Part shown: positions 41,654 to 54,291 of the stretch, piece by piece
Layout: every line of letters begins with the position of its first letter
Numbering within the stretch: position 1 is the first letter of the stretch
NCBI RefSeq assembly: GCF_001194135.2
Contig: NC_068982.1
Span: forward strand, 145,065,154-145,129,153
Length of the DNA stretch: 64,000 nt
Direction of reading: 5' to 3'
Source of the DNA: Octopus bimaculoides
Lineage: Eukaryota
Position numbers and translations under genes: made by a program
Notes under the pieces: model-generated
Databases searched by the model: none
Told to the model about the DNA's origin: nothing
Seen by the model: the letters and a program-made list of their open reading frames with translations, nothing else

Positions 41654-42005
41654 CACACAAACACACATACACACACACACATATACACACATACATACAC
41701 ACACATGCATATATATAGTCTTTATAGACTTAGGCTAGCAATGAAAATGTGATAGATGTGAAATGTTGGCTTCTATTTGGCATCAAGGCATGTTCCAGAT
41801 ATGACCATTTACTGTCTATTTTTTTCAGGCATAATGTATGTATCCGAATATATATGCACACGCACATAAATATGTGTGTGTGTGCGTTCCCTCTGTGTCT
41901 ATGTGTGTGTTCGAATTATGCAATAGAATCAGGTGTATAATGTAAACCGCAGCCTCTGGCGTTTAAACAACACATATTGATAAAGCTAATGTGTATTTAT
42001 ATATA

Positions 42006-42069
<64 letters not shown>

Positions 42070-42109
42070 TATATACATACATATATGTACATACTTACAT
42101 ATGTATGTA

Positions 42110-42237
42110 CTGGGTGTACGCAAAGGCTGGGTACATGGAGTAACTAAAAATCATAACATAGACAATTAAATATAAGAAATAATAATTTCTTAAAGTATGT
42201 CTTAATCCCCATGTACCCAGACTTTGCGGACACCCTG
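42110..42237. mobile_element. Tc1/mariner-type MITE (128 bp)
   Basis: TIRs c(t)gggtgtacgcaaaggctgggtacatgg and ccatgtacccagactttgcggacaccctg. TA on the left (42108-42109), degenerate on the right. CAGGGTGTCC-type ends. Confidence 0.85.
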
Positions 42238-42240
42238 TTT

Positions 42241-42542
42241 ATATGGGTACAAGACGTCATAAAACGTACAGGACTTAACAAAACTTATGCAACATGAAAC
42301 ACGAAGGCAAACTTGGGTATTCGAAGCCTCATATTGTCGTTGATTGCTCGAAATGTGGAGTAGATGAGCAGCCGACAAATGATGAAGGGTCGTTCTTTAT
42401 GCAACTTGTCTTGTTTTCCATTTGCTTCTCTCGTTGTTCGCATTCCCAAGTTTGCCTTCGTATTTCATGTTCTTTTCGTATTTTGTAATTCATGTTTTCT
42501 TATTTCATGTTGTTTACATTTTCTGACGTCCTGTACCCATAT
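42241..42542. mobile_element. Palindromic element with inverted duplication of its 3' end (family of 1141-1640)
   Basis: Outer arms 42241-42259 and 42524-42542; inner arms 42292-42325 and 42437-42470 (31/34 match). Confidence 0.75.
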
Positions 42543-42543
42543 A

Positions 42544-42575
<32 letters not shown>

Positions 42576-42686
42576 NNNNNNNNNNNNNNNNNNNNNNNNN
42601 NNNNNNNNNNNNNNNNNNNNNNNNNNNNNNNNNNNNNNNNNNNNNNNNNNNNNNNNNNNNNNNNNNNNNNNNNNNNNNNNNNNNNN

Positions 42687-42730
<44 letters not shown>

Positions 42731-43384
42731 GCACACACACACACACACACGCACACACACACGCACACACGCATACACACACATATGATGTAGATATATG
42801 TAGGTGTACATTTATACATGTAGATAAGCAAGTCTCTACTTACTTCTATCAGCAAAATACTTATATAGTGCATTTATAAGTATATAAATACTTATAGAAG
42901 GCCTAACATAAAATTTGCATAGAATTTTAAAATAACTAGATATAAGCTGTTATTGCTGAAATGACAAATAAATGGGGAAAAAATGAAAACCAAGCCTCAT
43001 GCTAATAATGAAAAATGATAGCCTTATTATAATCTACTTAAAAGCCCACTCAATTTTTATGATAAAAAAATAGATGACTGCTTTTTCTCTAATATGATTT
43101 AAAAGTAGCTATTTCCCGAATTCGATGCCAACGTTTCACACGTGATTACGAACGTGCTCATGACGACACACATCTATAGAACGCTTACAATTCAATTGAC
43201 GAATTTTTATATGTGGTGTGAAGTGAGTTACTATTTTTTCTGTCATATCAAATCAATATTAATGTTTGTTTTTATAGCACTATTTACAGCGATTATTTTT
43301 AGTCATTAGGAAGAACGAAGTTTTAATCTTTCACAAATGACAGTTTTATAATTCCCAATCTTCAACATTTGTTCGAGTGATAGA

Positions 43385-43713
43385 TTGGCAGAATCGTTTT
43401 AGTGCTGTGAAAAAATAGCTTAGAATATTTAGTCTCGATTTTTACGTTCAGAATTCAAATCACGCCGAGATCAAAATTGTCCTTCTGCGAGTTGATAGAT
43501 ATAATGGTTTCAAATTTTGGCACAGGTTCAGCAATTTCGAGACAGGGGGTATGTCGATTACACCAACCTCAGTATTCAAATGGTACTTATTTTATCGACC
43601 CCGAGAAGATGAAAGGCTAAGTCGACATCGGTGGAATTTGAACTCAGAACGTAAGGACGGATGAAATGTCGCTAAACATTTCGCCCGGCGTGCTAATGAT
43701 TCTGATCACCACC
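43385..43713. mobile_element. Degenerate + strand family A relic (43385-43500) abutting a - strand family A copy (43506-43713)
   Basis: Family A motifs occur on opposite strands. Confidence 0.8.
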
Positions 43714-44095
43714 TTCGGAAGTTGAATATAATACGAGTCAAACATTGAAAGCAATATAATAGACTAAACTCTCCTTTACCAAAGTTTCTGGCCATGTTTT
43801 TAAGACAGTTTCTTAAAAATAAAATGTTCTGTAATCTTTGCATCATGTGACGCTGGAAGTTATTAAACTCAGCTGGCGCGAGAAAAACGGCAATGGTCTT
43901 TTTACGTTTCTACAACCTGATGAAGAATTTCTTGCAATCAAAGCGTGGTATAATCCTTAATGAGAGGCGATATATTTGTTCAATTCAGCCAAGACATAAC
44001 CAACTCTCTTGAGGTGGTAGAATACCTCTCTTTTTTGTCCCGGCCTCATACAGGAGATAAATCTAACCGATATACATATTAATACATGTCTGTAA

Positions 44096-44464
44096 GGTGG
44101 TGAGCTGGCAAAATCGTTAGCACGCCTGGCAAAATCCTTAACGGCATGGCTTCCGTCTTTACGTCCTGAATCCAAATTCCGCCGAGTTCGACATTGCTTT
44201 TCATCCTCCCGAGATGAGCACTGGGGTTGAAGTAATCGACTTATTCTCCCCTCCGAAATTGCTCGCCTTGTGCCAGCTGGAAGAATAGCACGGCGGGCAA
44301 AATGCTTCGTGGAGTTTCATCCTTTTTACTTTCTGACTTCAAATTTCGCCGAGGTTGACTTTGCTCATCTTTTCAGGGTTGATGAGATAAGTACCGGTTG
44401 ACACTGGGTTCAATGTAATCGACTTTCCTCCGAAATTGCTGGCCTTGTGCTAAAATATGTAACC
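44096..44464 (+). mobile_element. Two tandem SINE family A copies
   Basis: Heads ggtggtgagctggcaaaatcgttagcacgcc (44096) and agctggaagaatagcacggc (about 44275). Confidence 0.85.
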
Positions 44465-45664
44465 AGTATACATCTCTGTTGATTTTTCGGTTCAAATGCA
44501 CTTTGTATAGAGAGATTTATTTATCATGTTTTTATTTTCAAATTCCGTTGTGCAGTGTATTTTCGGTGACATGAACGAGATACATCGGACCAAATGACGA
44601 TGTGCTACGTTGATTTATATAATTTGGATTTGATTTTCAGCACTTTCTTGTGTTCTAAATTATATTCGAATGATGTGATAATATTAGTAGCTATACATGT
44701 CACATGATATGAAAGCAGATGATAAAACTTGCAGTGTTCCTACATCAAATGAGCTGGATGTTATGACAGATGACATGAAAGTAAAAGAACGTTTTCATAA
44801 ATTGACAGCTTTCGCGCATAACAGACTACTTTCAATCACAGTGCGGACATTTTCCGATCGGTTTGTTTGTACAATTTTGTGTTAAATTCACCGATTCTTT
44901 TCCAAATGTCTGATGAAACTGGGTGACCCGCTGATGCATTTTGAGACCGAGAAAGGGATAGGTTGAATCCATATATTTACCGCCACAGACTGAGAAGGTT
45001 CGCCGATAGCAGTAGCTTCTCTGGTCTCTGATAATTTAATTTTCTTTCTTTTATCTAAAATGAGAATGTAGCCTGAAATATTAAAAAAATTATTAGATAT
45101 ACAAATCCCTGTTGAGAGGTAAATAAGAACGCAAACACACTTCTTCCTAAATTATTTATGTGCAGAAAGAAAGAGAAGGATTTTCTAGTGGAGCGTTCAC
45201 AGTTTGTTGAGTTCCCTGCAAAGAAAGTGAACCGGGCTTCCGTCTCTAATCAGTCTCAATCGCTTTATAAAGTAGTCATAAATTAGGCCGGTACCTTGAT
45301 TAAGAGCCTAATTTGTAAATTTTTGCTTTTGATGGCTTGGAATTTACTTAAAAAATATTTTATGAACAAAACGAAGCAAAAGAAGGACTGAAATGAATAT
45401 AAATTTTACAGTCTTGCTGTTGGTGAAATAAGAACATAATCACATATCCTCCTACGCAAATGATGCGCTCACAAAAGAGGGGGAAATATTTTCACAGACC
45501 GTTACACGGTTTGTTGACCACTCTTCAGAGAAAATGTATGAAGTTTCATTGCATATTCAATAACACAGAGCATTGTGCTAGTACATACCGCAGTTATAAA
45601 TTTAGCAACCACGTTGATAGATCGCCCCATTTGCATATTTACTTTCTCGCTTTCTTTGTGTGTT

Positions 45665-45696
<32 letters not shown>

Positions 45697-45864
45697 TATA
45701 TATATATATGTATATATATAATGGCTATAATTATATATTATTTATATAATGATGCATGCTCTAATATATTACTATATAAATAATACATAATTATAGGTAT
45801 TAATAAAAAGGACCTATGGGTGTCACTCTTCTCCGAATTTTACAGCCTTCGGATTTGGTAACAA

Positions 45865-45907
<43 letters not shown>

Positions 45908-45964
45908 GAAAAATCGAAAAAGGTGAAAACGCTCAGGATGTTATTAAGACATATTTATATCTTC

Positions 45965-46058
45965 ATATTTTCTACATATGTTTCGATGGATGCATTCAAA
46001 ATACGTCCAACAGGTAGAATGATGGTCAACTATTAATCAATCCCATCAGGGAAGATAA
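45965..46058 (-). ncRNA. Second type I hammerhead-like motif on the opposite strand (more decayed)
   Basis: Reverse complement: tatcttcc-CTGATGG-gattgattaat..atgcatccatc-GAAAC-ATAT-GTA-gaaaata. The stem III region ACATATGT is palindromic. Stems I and II carry more mismatches. Confidence 0.5.
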
Positions 46059-46134
46059 AAACAATACTCATCAAATAGTAATTTCTACAGATATATATCT
46101 GTAAAACTTTTTACAGATATACAGAGTGTTGTTT

Positions 46135-46228
46135 ATATCTTTCCTGATGGGATTGATGCATAGCTGACCATAATTCTTCCTGTTAGACGTATTTTGAATG
46201 TATCCATCGAAACATACGTAGAAGATAT
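46135..46228 (+). ncRNA. Type I hammerhead-ribozyme-like motif (A9G variant)
   Basis: Stem I atatctt(t)c / gaagatat; CTGATG-G 46144-46150; stem II GATTGATGCAT / ATGTATCCATC (10 of 11 paired, counting one G-U); GAAAC 46209-46213; loop ATAC; GTA cleavage triplet 46218-46220. Confidence 0.6.
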
Positions 46229-46413
46229 GAAGATATAAATGTTTTAATAATATCCTGAGCGTTTGTCACCTTCGTCAACTTTTCCTATTTTCTCCTAAAT
46301 ACGACTTACTTATCCCGGAATCAAATCACACACAAGTATGATCATTGTTTCATTGGACACTTAAGCAACATTTAGCTAGCTTGTAATTATTCCCTTGGAT
46401 CTTTCCTATATAA

Positions 46414-46447
<34 letters not shown>

Positions 46448-46490
46448 ATGTATTTAAATGTACACGCACACACACATAGATGTGTACGTA

Positions 46491-46894
46491 GGCATACCTA
46501 TGTGGTAAGGGTCTCACTCATCAACCACACGGTTTCGGGTTTCGATGCACTGCATGGTACCTTGAGCAATAATCCCGTGTGTACATTTGGTAGACGGTAA
46601 TTGAAAGAAGCCTGTCGTGTGTGTGTGTGTGTTTGTTTGTGTGTGTGTTTGTTTGTGTGTGTGTGTGTGTGTGTGCGTGCGCGCGCGCGTGTGCATGCTC
46701 TTGTGTTTGTGTTTATCACTCCACACTGTTTGGTCACAGGTGTTGGCTTGTTTACGTTCCCACATCTTAGAGGTTCAGAAAAGGTGACCGATAGAATAAG
46801 TGCCAGTAAGTACCTTGGTGAATTTTTCAGATTAAACCCTTCAAAGCGGTTCCCCCAGTCTGACCGTTGCTCAAAGACTGAAACATGTAACAGA
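46491..46894 (+). mobile_element. Diverged SINE family B with internal (TG)n
   Basis: tgtggtaag..caaccac..ccttgagcaa..tttggtagacgg.aa.tgaaagaagcc..gaccgatagaataagt..gactgaaaca. Confidence 0.8.
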
Positions 46895-46900
46895 TATGTG

Positions 46901-46931
<31 letters not shown>

Positions 46932-48125
46932 ATATATATATATNNNNNNNNNNNNNNNNNNNNNNNNNNNNNNNNNNNNNNNNNNNNNNNNNNNNNNNNN
47001 NNNNNNNNNNNNNNNNNNNNNNNNNNNNNNNNNNNNNNNNNNNNNNNNNNNNNNNNNNNNNNNNNNNNNNNNNNNNNNNNNNNNNNNNNNNNNNNNNNNN
47101 NNNNATACATATATATATACATACCTACTTATCTACACACATAAATGCATACATATATGCGCACACACATATATATCAGTCATAAGGGCACACACAATAT
47201 ATATAGATATATATGATAAAATAAATAAATCCATATAAAGGGCATTGTTATAAACAACATACGAAGCGAACCCATACACATAAACCCATACACGAACAAA
47301 CACACAAGAAATTTCACGGACGGCCACAACAATATCAACAACATGAATAACAACAACAGCAGCAGCGGCGGTGACAACGATGGCAATAACAACAGCAAAA
47401 ACTGTCACGATGGCACTATCGTGGGCGAACACACAAACATAGAGAGACAACAGCAGTACAATGGGGTGAGAGGATAGGGCTGAGGGGAAAGCCATACTAC
47501 TGCTAAGAACGATGACACACACACAAACATACACGCACACACATGCACATACACACATGCACACACACATACACAAACACGGACGCAAAGGATAGAAGAA
47601 CAGAATAGAAAAAAAGGGGAACAAGAGCACACACGAAGACTAAAAGTATCGCTGAAGTGGTCACAGATGTGTGACGAAAGATTTCCGGACAATGGACATG
47701 AGTTAAAATTAATTAAAAAAAACAGTAATAAACGAGTGAAGAACAAATATATAGAGCGTGTGCTTATTTGGAAAAAAAAATATCCATCCGGAAATACAAC
47801 AATATATATATGTGTAGTAATAATTAGCGTTATTAATGCATTGCATTTGTTATAAAGGCAGAATTCTGAAACTGAAAACCTATTTTTGCTATTGATTCCT
47901 GTGTTAGATTTTGTTTCGCGAAAAATAATACAACCACTTTTATAATCATTATCAGATTTTCTGTATCGTGGCCGATCGCTGCATACGTACGTACATACAT
48001 GCAAACATACATACATATATACATACATATGTATGTATTAACGTAAATAATCACACAGGCACGCACAAACTTATATGTGTGGGTATACATATATATACAT
48101 AATATAATATATACATGCATACATA

Positions 48126-48158
<33 letters not shown>

Positions 48159-48446
48159 GCATTTATACATTCATAAGTATGTGGAAGACATTACATATAT
48201 CAATATTAAATACCAAACGTTTTAACTATTCTTACCCGAGGCATATAATCATATAATCACAAAAGTGCTGAGAATTCGTTATTAATAAGTTAGGATCTAA
48301 GGAACTTCGACATATTCTAAGATATAAATGTGAAAGTTCACTTCCAAAAATCACATGAAACGAAAGTATGTGATACACACACACACACACGCATATTTAC
48401 ACACACATACACACACACATATATGTATGTATGCATGTATGTATTG

Positions 48447-48489
<43 letters not shown>

Positions 48490-49412
48490 TATATATGTGT
48501 AAACATACATATATATACATAGATTTATATATATATATGCACATATACTTACATATACACACGTATATATATACATTGATGTGTATATATATATATATAG
48601 AGAGAGAGAGAGATAAAGAGATACATACATACACACGAACACACACATATGCGTATATATAATTATATCTGTATCATGTATATATGTATATATATATGCA
48701 TACACACATATGTATATACATGCACATACACACACATATATCTTTCTACCTGCTCTCTCTCTTTTTGTACAGACATACATACACGCACAGATGTGTGTGT
48801 ATGCGTATGTGTGAATGTGTGTACAAACACACACACACACACACACACACATACACACATATATATATATATANNNNNNNNNNNNNNNNNNNNNNNNNNN
48901 NNNNNNNNNNNNNNNNNNNNNNNNNNNNNNNNNNNNNNNNNNNNNNNNNNNNNNNNNNNNNNNNNNNNNNNNNNNNNNNNNNNNNNNNNNNNNNNNNNNN
49001 NNNNNNNNNNNNNNNNNNNNNNNNNNNNNNNNNNNNNNNNNNNNNNNNNNNNNNNNNNNNNNNNNNNNNNNNNNNNNNNNNNNNNNNNNNNNNNNNNNNN
49101 NNNNNNNNNNNNNNNNNNNNNNNNNNNNNNNNNNNNNNNNNNNNNNNNNNNNNNNNNNNNNNNNNNNNNNNNNNNNNNNNNNNNNNNNNNNNNNNNNNNN
49201 NNNNNNNNNNNNNNNNNNNNNNNNNNNNNNNNNNNNNNNNNNNNNNNNNNNNNNNNNNNNNNNNNNNNNNNNNNNNNNNNNNNNNNNNNNNNNNNNNNNN
49301 NNNNNNNNNNNNNNNNNNNNNNNNNNNNNNNNNNNNNNNNNNNNNNNNNNNNNNNNNNNNNNNNNNNNNNNNNNNNNNNNNNNNNNNNNNNNNNNNNNNN
49401 NNNNNNNNNNNN

Positions 49413-49464
<52 letters not shown>

Positions 49465-50062
49465 GATAGATAAATAGATAGATAGATAGATAGATAGACT
49501 GAGAAATACATACACAGAGTTATATACTTACAAATACTTGTATGTATATATTTATGCTTCAAAGTGCGTATAACAGTATCTATTTAGGAATATACGTATA
49601 TCTTAATCTTTGAAACAATGCCGAAGGTAATTTTCCTTTTAAGATTTGTAAACAGAATAAGAATATTGTCGGTTTGACAGTTCATATATATATAAAAAAG
49701 ATAAATTCCCGTTTGCCATTAAAGAGATTTTTATGGTGCTCATATCATCAGCTTATTGAATGATAATAATCAGAGATGAAATCTGATATGATACTATGAT
49801 TGATGAATAAACGTAACCTGGGGCCACTAACATGTGGTTGGCTTTGCAGAAATTACATTCAATAAGGGAGATCATGACATCGATATATAGTGCAGTTCTT
49901 GGGAAAATTGAATTTAAAGTACAGAACAGTTGTTGAAACGACTGAGTTGCATTAGAATGCTAAACTGGGCAAATGATATGACAGAATGAACAGAACTACA
50001 GTCATTCGAAAAAAACAAATACAATTTTCCTTACATAAAGTAGAAAAAAAAAAGAATGTTTT

Positions 50063-50355
50063 GAATTGGTTCTCGAAGTACAAATAGAGCTATGAATATG
50101 CAATAGGTGTATGAATCTGACAGGGATAAATGTTGAATAAAATAATAATTAACTTATCCACCTATATTTTCTTTTACCCAAGATCGGAAGCTTTTCAACA
50201 CCCGCTCGTAATAGTATTTACATATTGGGTCGAAAAACCGTTTGAAATAGAAATAGTCGAAAGCAGACTGTAGAACATCTATCATCTTTATAGATGTTGG
50301 TTCGAGTCTCTCGAGAAGCCTTCGACTTTTCCTGTCCAAAAGGGTTTTCAACCCA

Positions 50356-50387
<32 letters not shown>

Positions 50388-50428
50388 GCTTCTATTTATA
50401 GCATTATATGTACTTCGAGAACCAATTC
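50063..50428. mobile_element. MITE-like element with 20-bp perfect TIRs and an internal ~137-nt hairpin
   Basis: gaattggttctcgaagtaca (50063-50082) and tgtacttcgagaaccaattc (50409-50428); nested inverted repeats at 50222-50358. Confidence 0.7.
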
Positions 50429-50596
50429 TAAAAAAGAAAAAAATCAAACTATTCCATGTTCTCTCTAAAATTTACAAATTCATATGGTATAAAGGAAAAA
50501 TAAATATTTCATTTAAGTTTTTAGATATTAATTTTTGGGAAGGGTCACGTATTTAGTTAAACAATATCTCGAGATTAGGTTATTTGTAATACATGA

Positions 50597-50803
50597 GGCG
50601 GTAAGCTGACAGAATCGCTAGCACGCCAGACAAGACATTGAGTGGATTCCTTCTGGTTTTACGTTCTGAGATCACATTCTGCCAAGTTTGATTTGTTTTC
50701 TCTTTCCAGGTCGATAAGATAAGCACTAGTTGAGAACTGGGGTTAATTTAATCGACAAGCCCCCTCCCACCAAATTCCAGGTTTTATGCCTATTGTAGAA
50801 AGG
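50597..50803 (+). mobile_element. SINE family A
   Basis: ggcggtaagctgacagaatcgctagcacgcc..tacgttctgag..gtcgataa..aatcgac..tgcctattgtagaaagg. Confidence 0.85.
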
Positions 50804-52449
50804 AAAAACAGATTTAGTAATATTAAAAAAATCCGGTCACTAGTATAATACTTCTGGTTTTACCAGTTTGATCCTGTGAGAAACACAACTACGCATTCTT
50901 TATTTTCCTAAATAGTGTAAGCTGTTTTTGTCAAGGACAGAATGCAATTCTTGGAGCGGGAGATGTATTGATAACGTAGAAGCCAAGGTAAACTGATCTC
51001 TCAAATACTGGAAATCAATAGGGTTTAGATGAACGGTTCCTTATCAACAGAGCAAACCGTGAGCTGCTGATCTAAATTTCTGGTTTTTTACATTCTTACC
51101 AGTATTAATGTCACTTATGCAACAACTAAATTCCTCTCACAGATAGGAATGATATAATTTCCCATTTATACGACCATGAAATATTGGCCAATGCTGGATA
51201 GTCAAGCAAAAAACCCCCCCCAAAAAACCCCAAAAAAAGTAAAAAAGAAAAAATAAGCATGTGTTTAACCATTATTATACTAGATGGAAGTTGAATGGTA
51301 TAGCAAAATATATAGAGTGATGGCGAAAATTCTTTGAATTGTTTAGTTAGTCACGCAGCTTTATAACTTCAGGCGAAGAATTTGCTATTAATTCTCCCGG
51401 AGACTATAAAACAGATTGATTTGGAGTGTAGTTTTTCTTAAAAAGTGCGGCCTTGTGTTTACTTTTAAATTGATTATTAAACTTGAAATAATTTCACTTC
51501 ACTACTAAAAGTTACAAACGTAACGCTGTCTGGAATACGAGTGAAAATTACAACCACTAATTTTTACAACCATAGAATACATTCTTACAGTAACGTTAGA
51601 AGAGATAGGCATTCGTTATGAGTGGCATCAAAAGTGTTAGGTTGGCAATAAGCATTAGTGTAGGATAAAACGTTTCAGCTCTTTCCGTTTTGAGTTCAAA
51701 TCAGTTTAACTTCCAGCTTTTCTGAATCTCCTATATTTGTGTTAGAAACGATAATTAATGTCATCAATAGGGTGGTGGATTGCCAAAATCTATAACCACG
51801 TTAGAGTTCACTTTTTATCATGCCAGGGTGAATAAAATAAAGTTCTCAAGTCAATTTAATCAACTACTTCTCTCTCCATCGAATTTGAGATTTTGTGTCT
51901 ATGTTATAAATGATCATTAATAGCATCGGTACAATATAATGCTTGTTAGTACTGATCCTCGCACTTCAGAATTAAAACAAATCTTGCAGCTGTGATTTAT
52001 GAAACCCGACGATTATATTTAAATGGATCGACATGTCTTATAGAAACTGTTAATTGCATCTCTTGCCCTTACAAAAATTTTTTTATTCTGCACAAGCTAT
52101 ACAGCATTTCTAATCAGATATTTATGTAGTTCGTCACCTTCTGCTTTTGTTCATCTATCATTTTGTTGATAAAAATAAAATAAAAAAGAAACTCAATAGC
52201 CTAAGATAATTTATTTTCCTCTAAAAATGTTCATATGTGACATAAATAACAGTATTCTGCAGAGAGATATACGTCTGGCTAGTTATAGGAAAAATAACTA
52301 TTTTGGAAACGATTTTAATTTCTGTAACAGATATGTATAATAACTGTTTCTAACAAAGGTATAAGATCAGAACTTTTAAATTTCAGACGCATGTCTCTTG
52401 CAGTAGTTTGCTTCTGTTGTTGTGAAGTTTGGTGAAATGTCAAGAGACT

Positions 52450-52760
52450 TCTTAGGCGATTGTCTTGATATCGATCCTCCGTACAAATTTACTATGTATA
52501 GGAAAAAGACTTCACATATGAGATCGATGCTGTGTACCTCGGTCTTACCAGAGTCTATTCCTAGATATTATCTTCGTTTTGGGGGACGTAGAGTCGATGA
52601 GACTGTACACGACTTGACTAAATGCCTAGCTTAATGAGTTACCATCTTTTCCGTTCTGAATTAACTCTCGTGATTTCAACGTTCTCCTTGCCAATACCCA
52701 AAGTCGTTAAAACTTTCACTAGTTATCTACCGTCGTATATTAAATCAGCTACACACTCTC
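52450..52760 (+). mobile_element. Highly degenerate LINE reverse-transcriptase relic (CR1/L2-like)
   Basis: Fragments RTNLL, YEIDAVYLGLTRVYS (compare VDAxYLDFxKAFD) and FTSYLPSYIKS (compare YxNDLPxxIxS) occur in shifting frames. Confidence 0.5.
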
Positions 52761-53451
52761 CTCTACTATTTCTCCAAGAAATCATTATTACTTTTTTAAA
52801 AGTTTATCTGAGCCAAATGAACGCTGGTGATCTCTTGTAAGCTGAGGTCCTTGTTCAGGTCTTACAACACACACGAGTGAGACCGACCTCAGACCGTCAA
52901 AGAAACACTTAAGAGCCACTGTTGTGAGTGAAAATAATAATTTATCAATGTACTGTATAATCATCAGAAACAGTTAAAATCACAAGTTTGGTTCATCACA
53001 ATAAATTTACCATCGTACCATCGTTTGGTACGTCACAATGACATTGACATATACGAATAACATAGTATCGTTTCCATCGTAAATGCATTTCTTTTACTTC
53101 TCTGTTTCACAAGATATATTGCGTTGGCACCGAAATTATCTCGAAAATCAAGTCAGTCGAACTAATTATTATATTGGCTTCGATAAACTAATCTATCGAT
53201 GAAAGAAATCCTCTGGGTCGTCAGTGGCATTCGAAAATGATACGAGGTCAAGAAGTTAAGTAGAGGGATTGTAGTACACTAATTGCTTTGGTCATTAATC
53301 ACTAGAACAACAGGACAGGTAGTGTGTTTGTTAATGCCAACGTCAGATATACATCTAATCCATCTTGAAAAACACGGACGATTGAGAGACATTCTCTCTC
53401 ATATGTATACACATATACACATATATACATACATACATACATACATAATGC

Positions 53452-53503
<52 letters not shown>

Positions 53504-53987
53504 CTATATAGTTTTATGCAAGCATGTACGTTTGTATATATATACTTATACACAAACATATATGTCTATTTCCCTCTCAATACACAGACATACATATCCA
53601 TCCATGCATACATTCGTACGTAACGTACATGTATACACACTCACAAATACGAATTACGAATGCCAGTCATTTTGCCTACAAACTGTGAATGTAGAGCGGA
53701 ATGACTTCGAAGATAAAGTAATGGTGGGTATGTTTTCTGACAGGAATATATATCTTGTGTAGAAAATGGTATAGCTATTTCTCTTCTTGTATAAGAAATC
53801 TGGTTTTCCTAAATGTAACCAAGTCTGTCATGAAGCACTTAAATTCTGCAACATTCTCTTGTGAATTCTCTGTGTTTTTGCTAGAACATGTGTATTCACT
53901 AATTTTATGCTGTCGGTTTCAGGGTTTTTTTTTCCTTAATTCATCTGCAGATTGGTATGATGTATCATATTCGTTCTTTATCTTGAC

Positions 53988-54291
53988 CAGAAGTTCTCAA
54001 ACTTATTGGGTCACTGCTTCCCTCATGGCCATATAATACCCTCAGCACCCCACTCCTACTTTTATGTATAAATAAATATTTTATATTTCACTAATATATA
54101 TATACTATGAATCATTTGATATTTAATATAATATATAATTTGTATAGAATACTATAACAATATTATAATAAATATTATAATAGCGTACCCCAATTCATTG
54201 CCTTCCTCCCAACACCATCGCCCACCATCGCCCACCTGGACCGTCTCAACGCCTACCGGTAGGACGGAAGCACCCATTTTGAGAATCTATG
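53988..54291. mobile_element. hAT (Charlie-like) MITE, 304 bp
   Basis: TIRs cagaagttctcaaa and tttgagaatctatg. 8-bp TSD atcttgac (53980-53987) / atctagac (54292-54299) fits the nTCTAGAn target preference. Confidence 0.8.

Larger units (their letters stand above)
45905..46285. mobile_element. Palindrome of two inverted Penelope-like terminal segments (arms about 45905-46068 and 46124-46285)
   Basis: The arms are reverse complements over ~160 bp with scattered differences. The left 3' end abuts (TA)n. The spacer contains the perfect palindrome tacagatatatatctgta (46086-46103). Confidence 0.7.

Noticed and set aside
44910-44960. CTGATGA..GAAA motif
   Set aside because: No stem II, stem III or NUH geometry; likely a chance match.
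53110-53230. Polypyrimidine tract plus AG at about 53110 (similar site at about 40160)
   Set aside because: All downstream frames close within about 45 codons and no peptide is recognisable, so there is not enough to call an exon.
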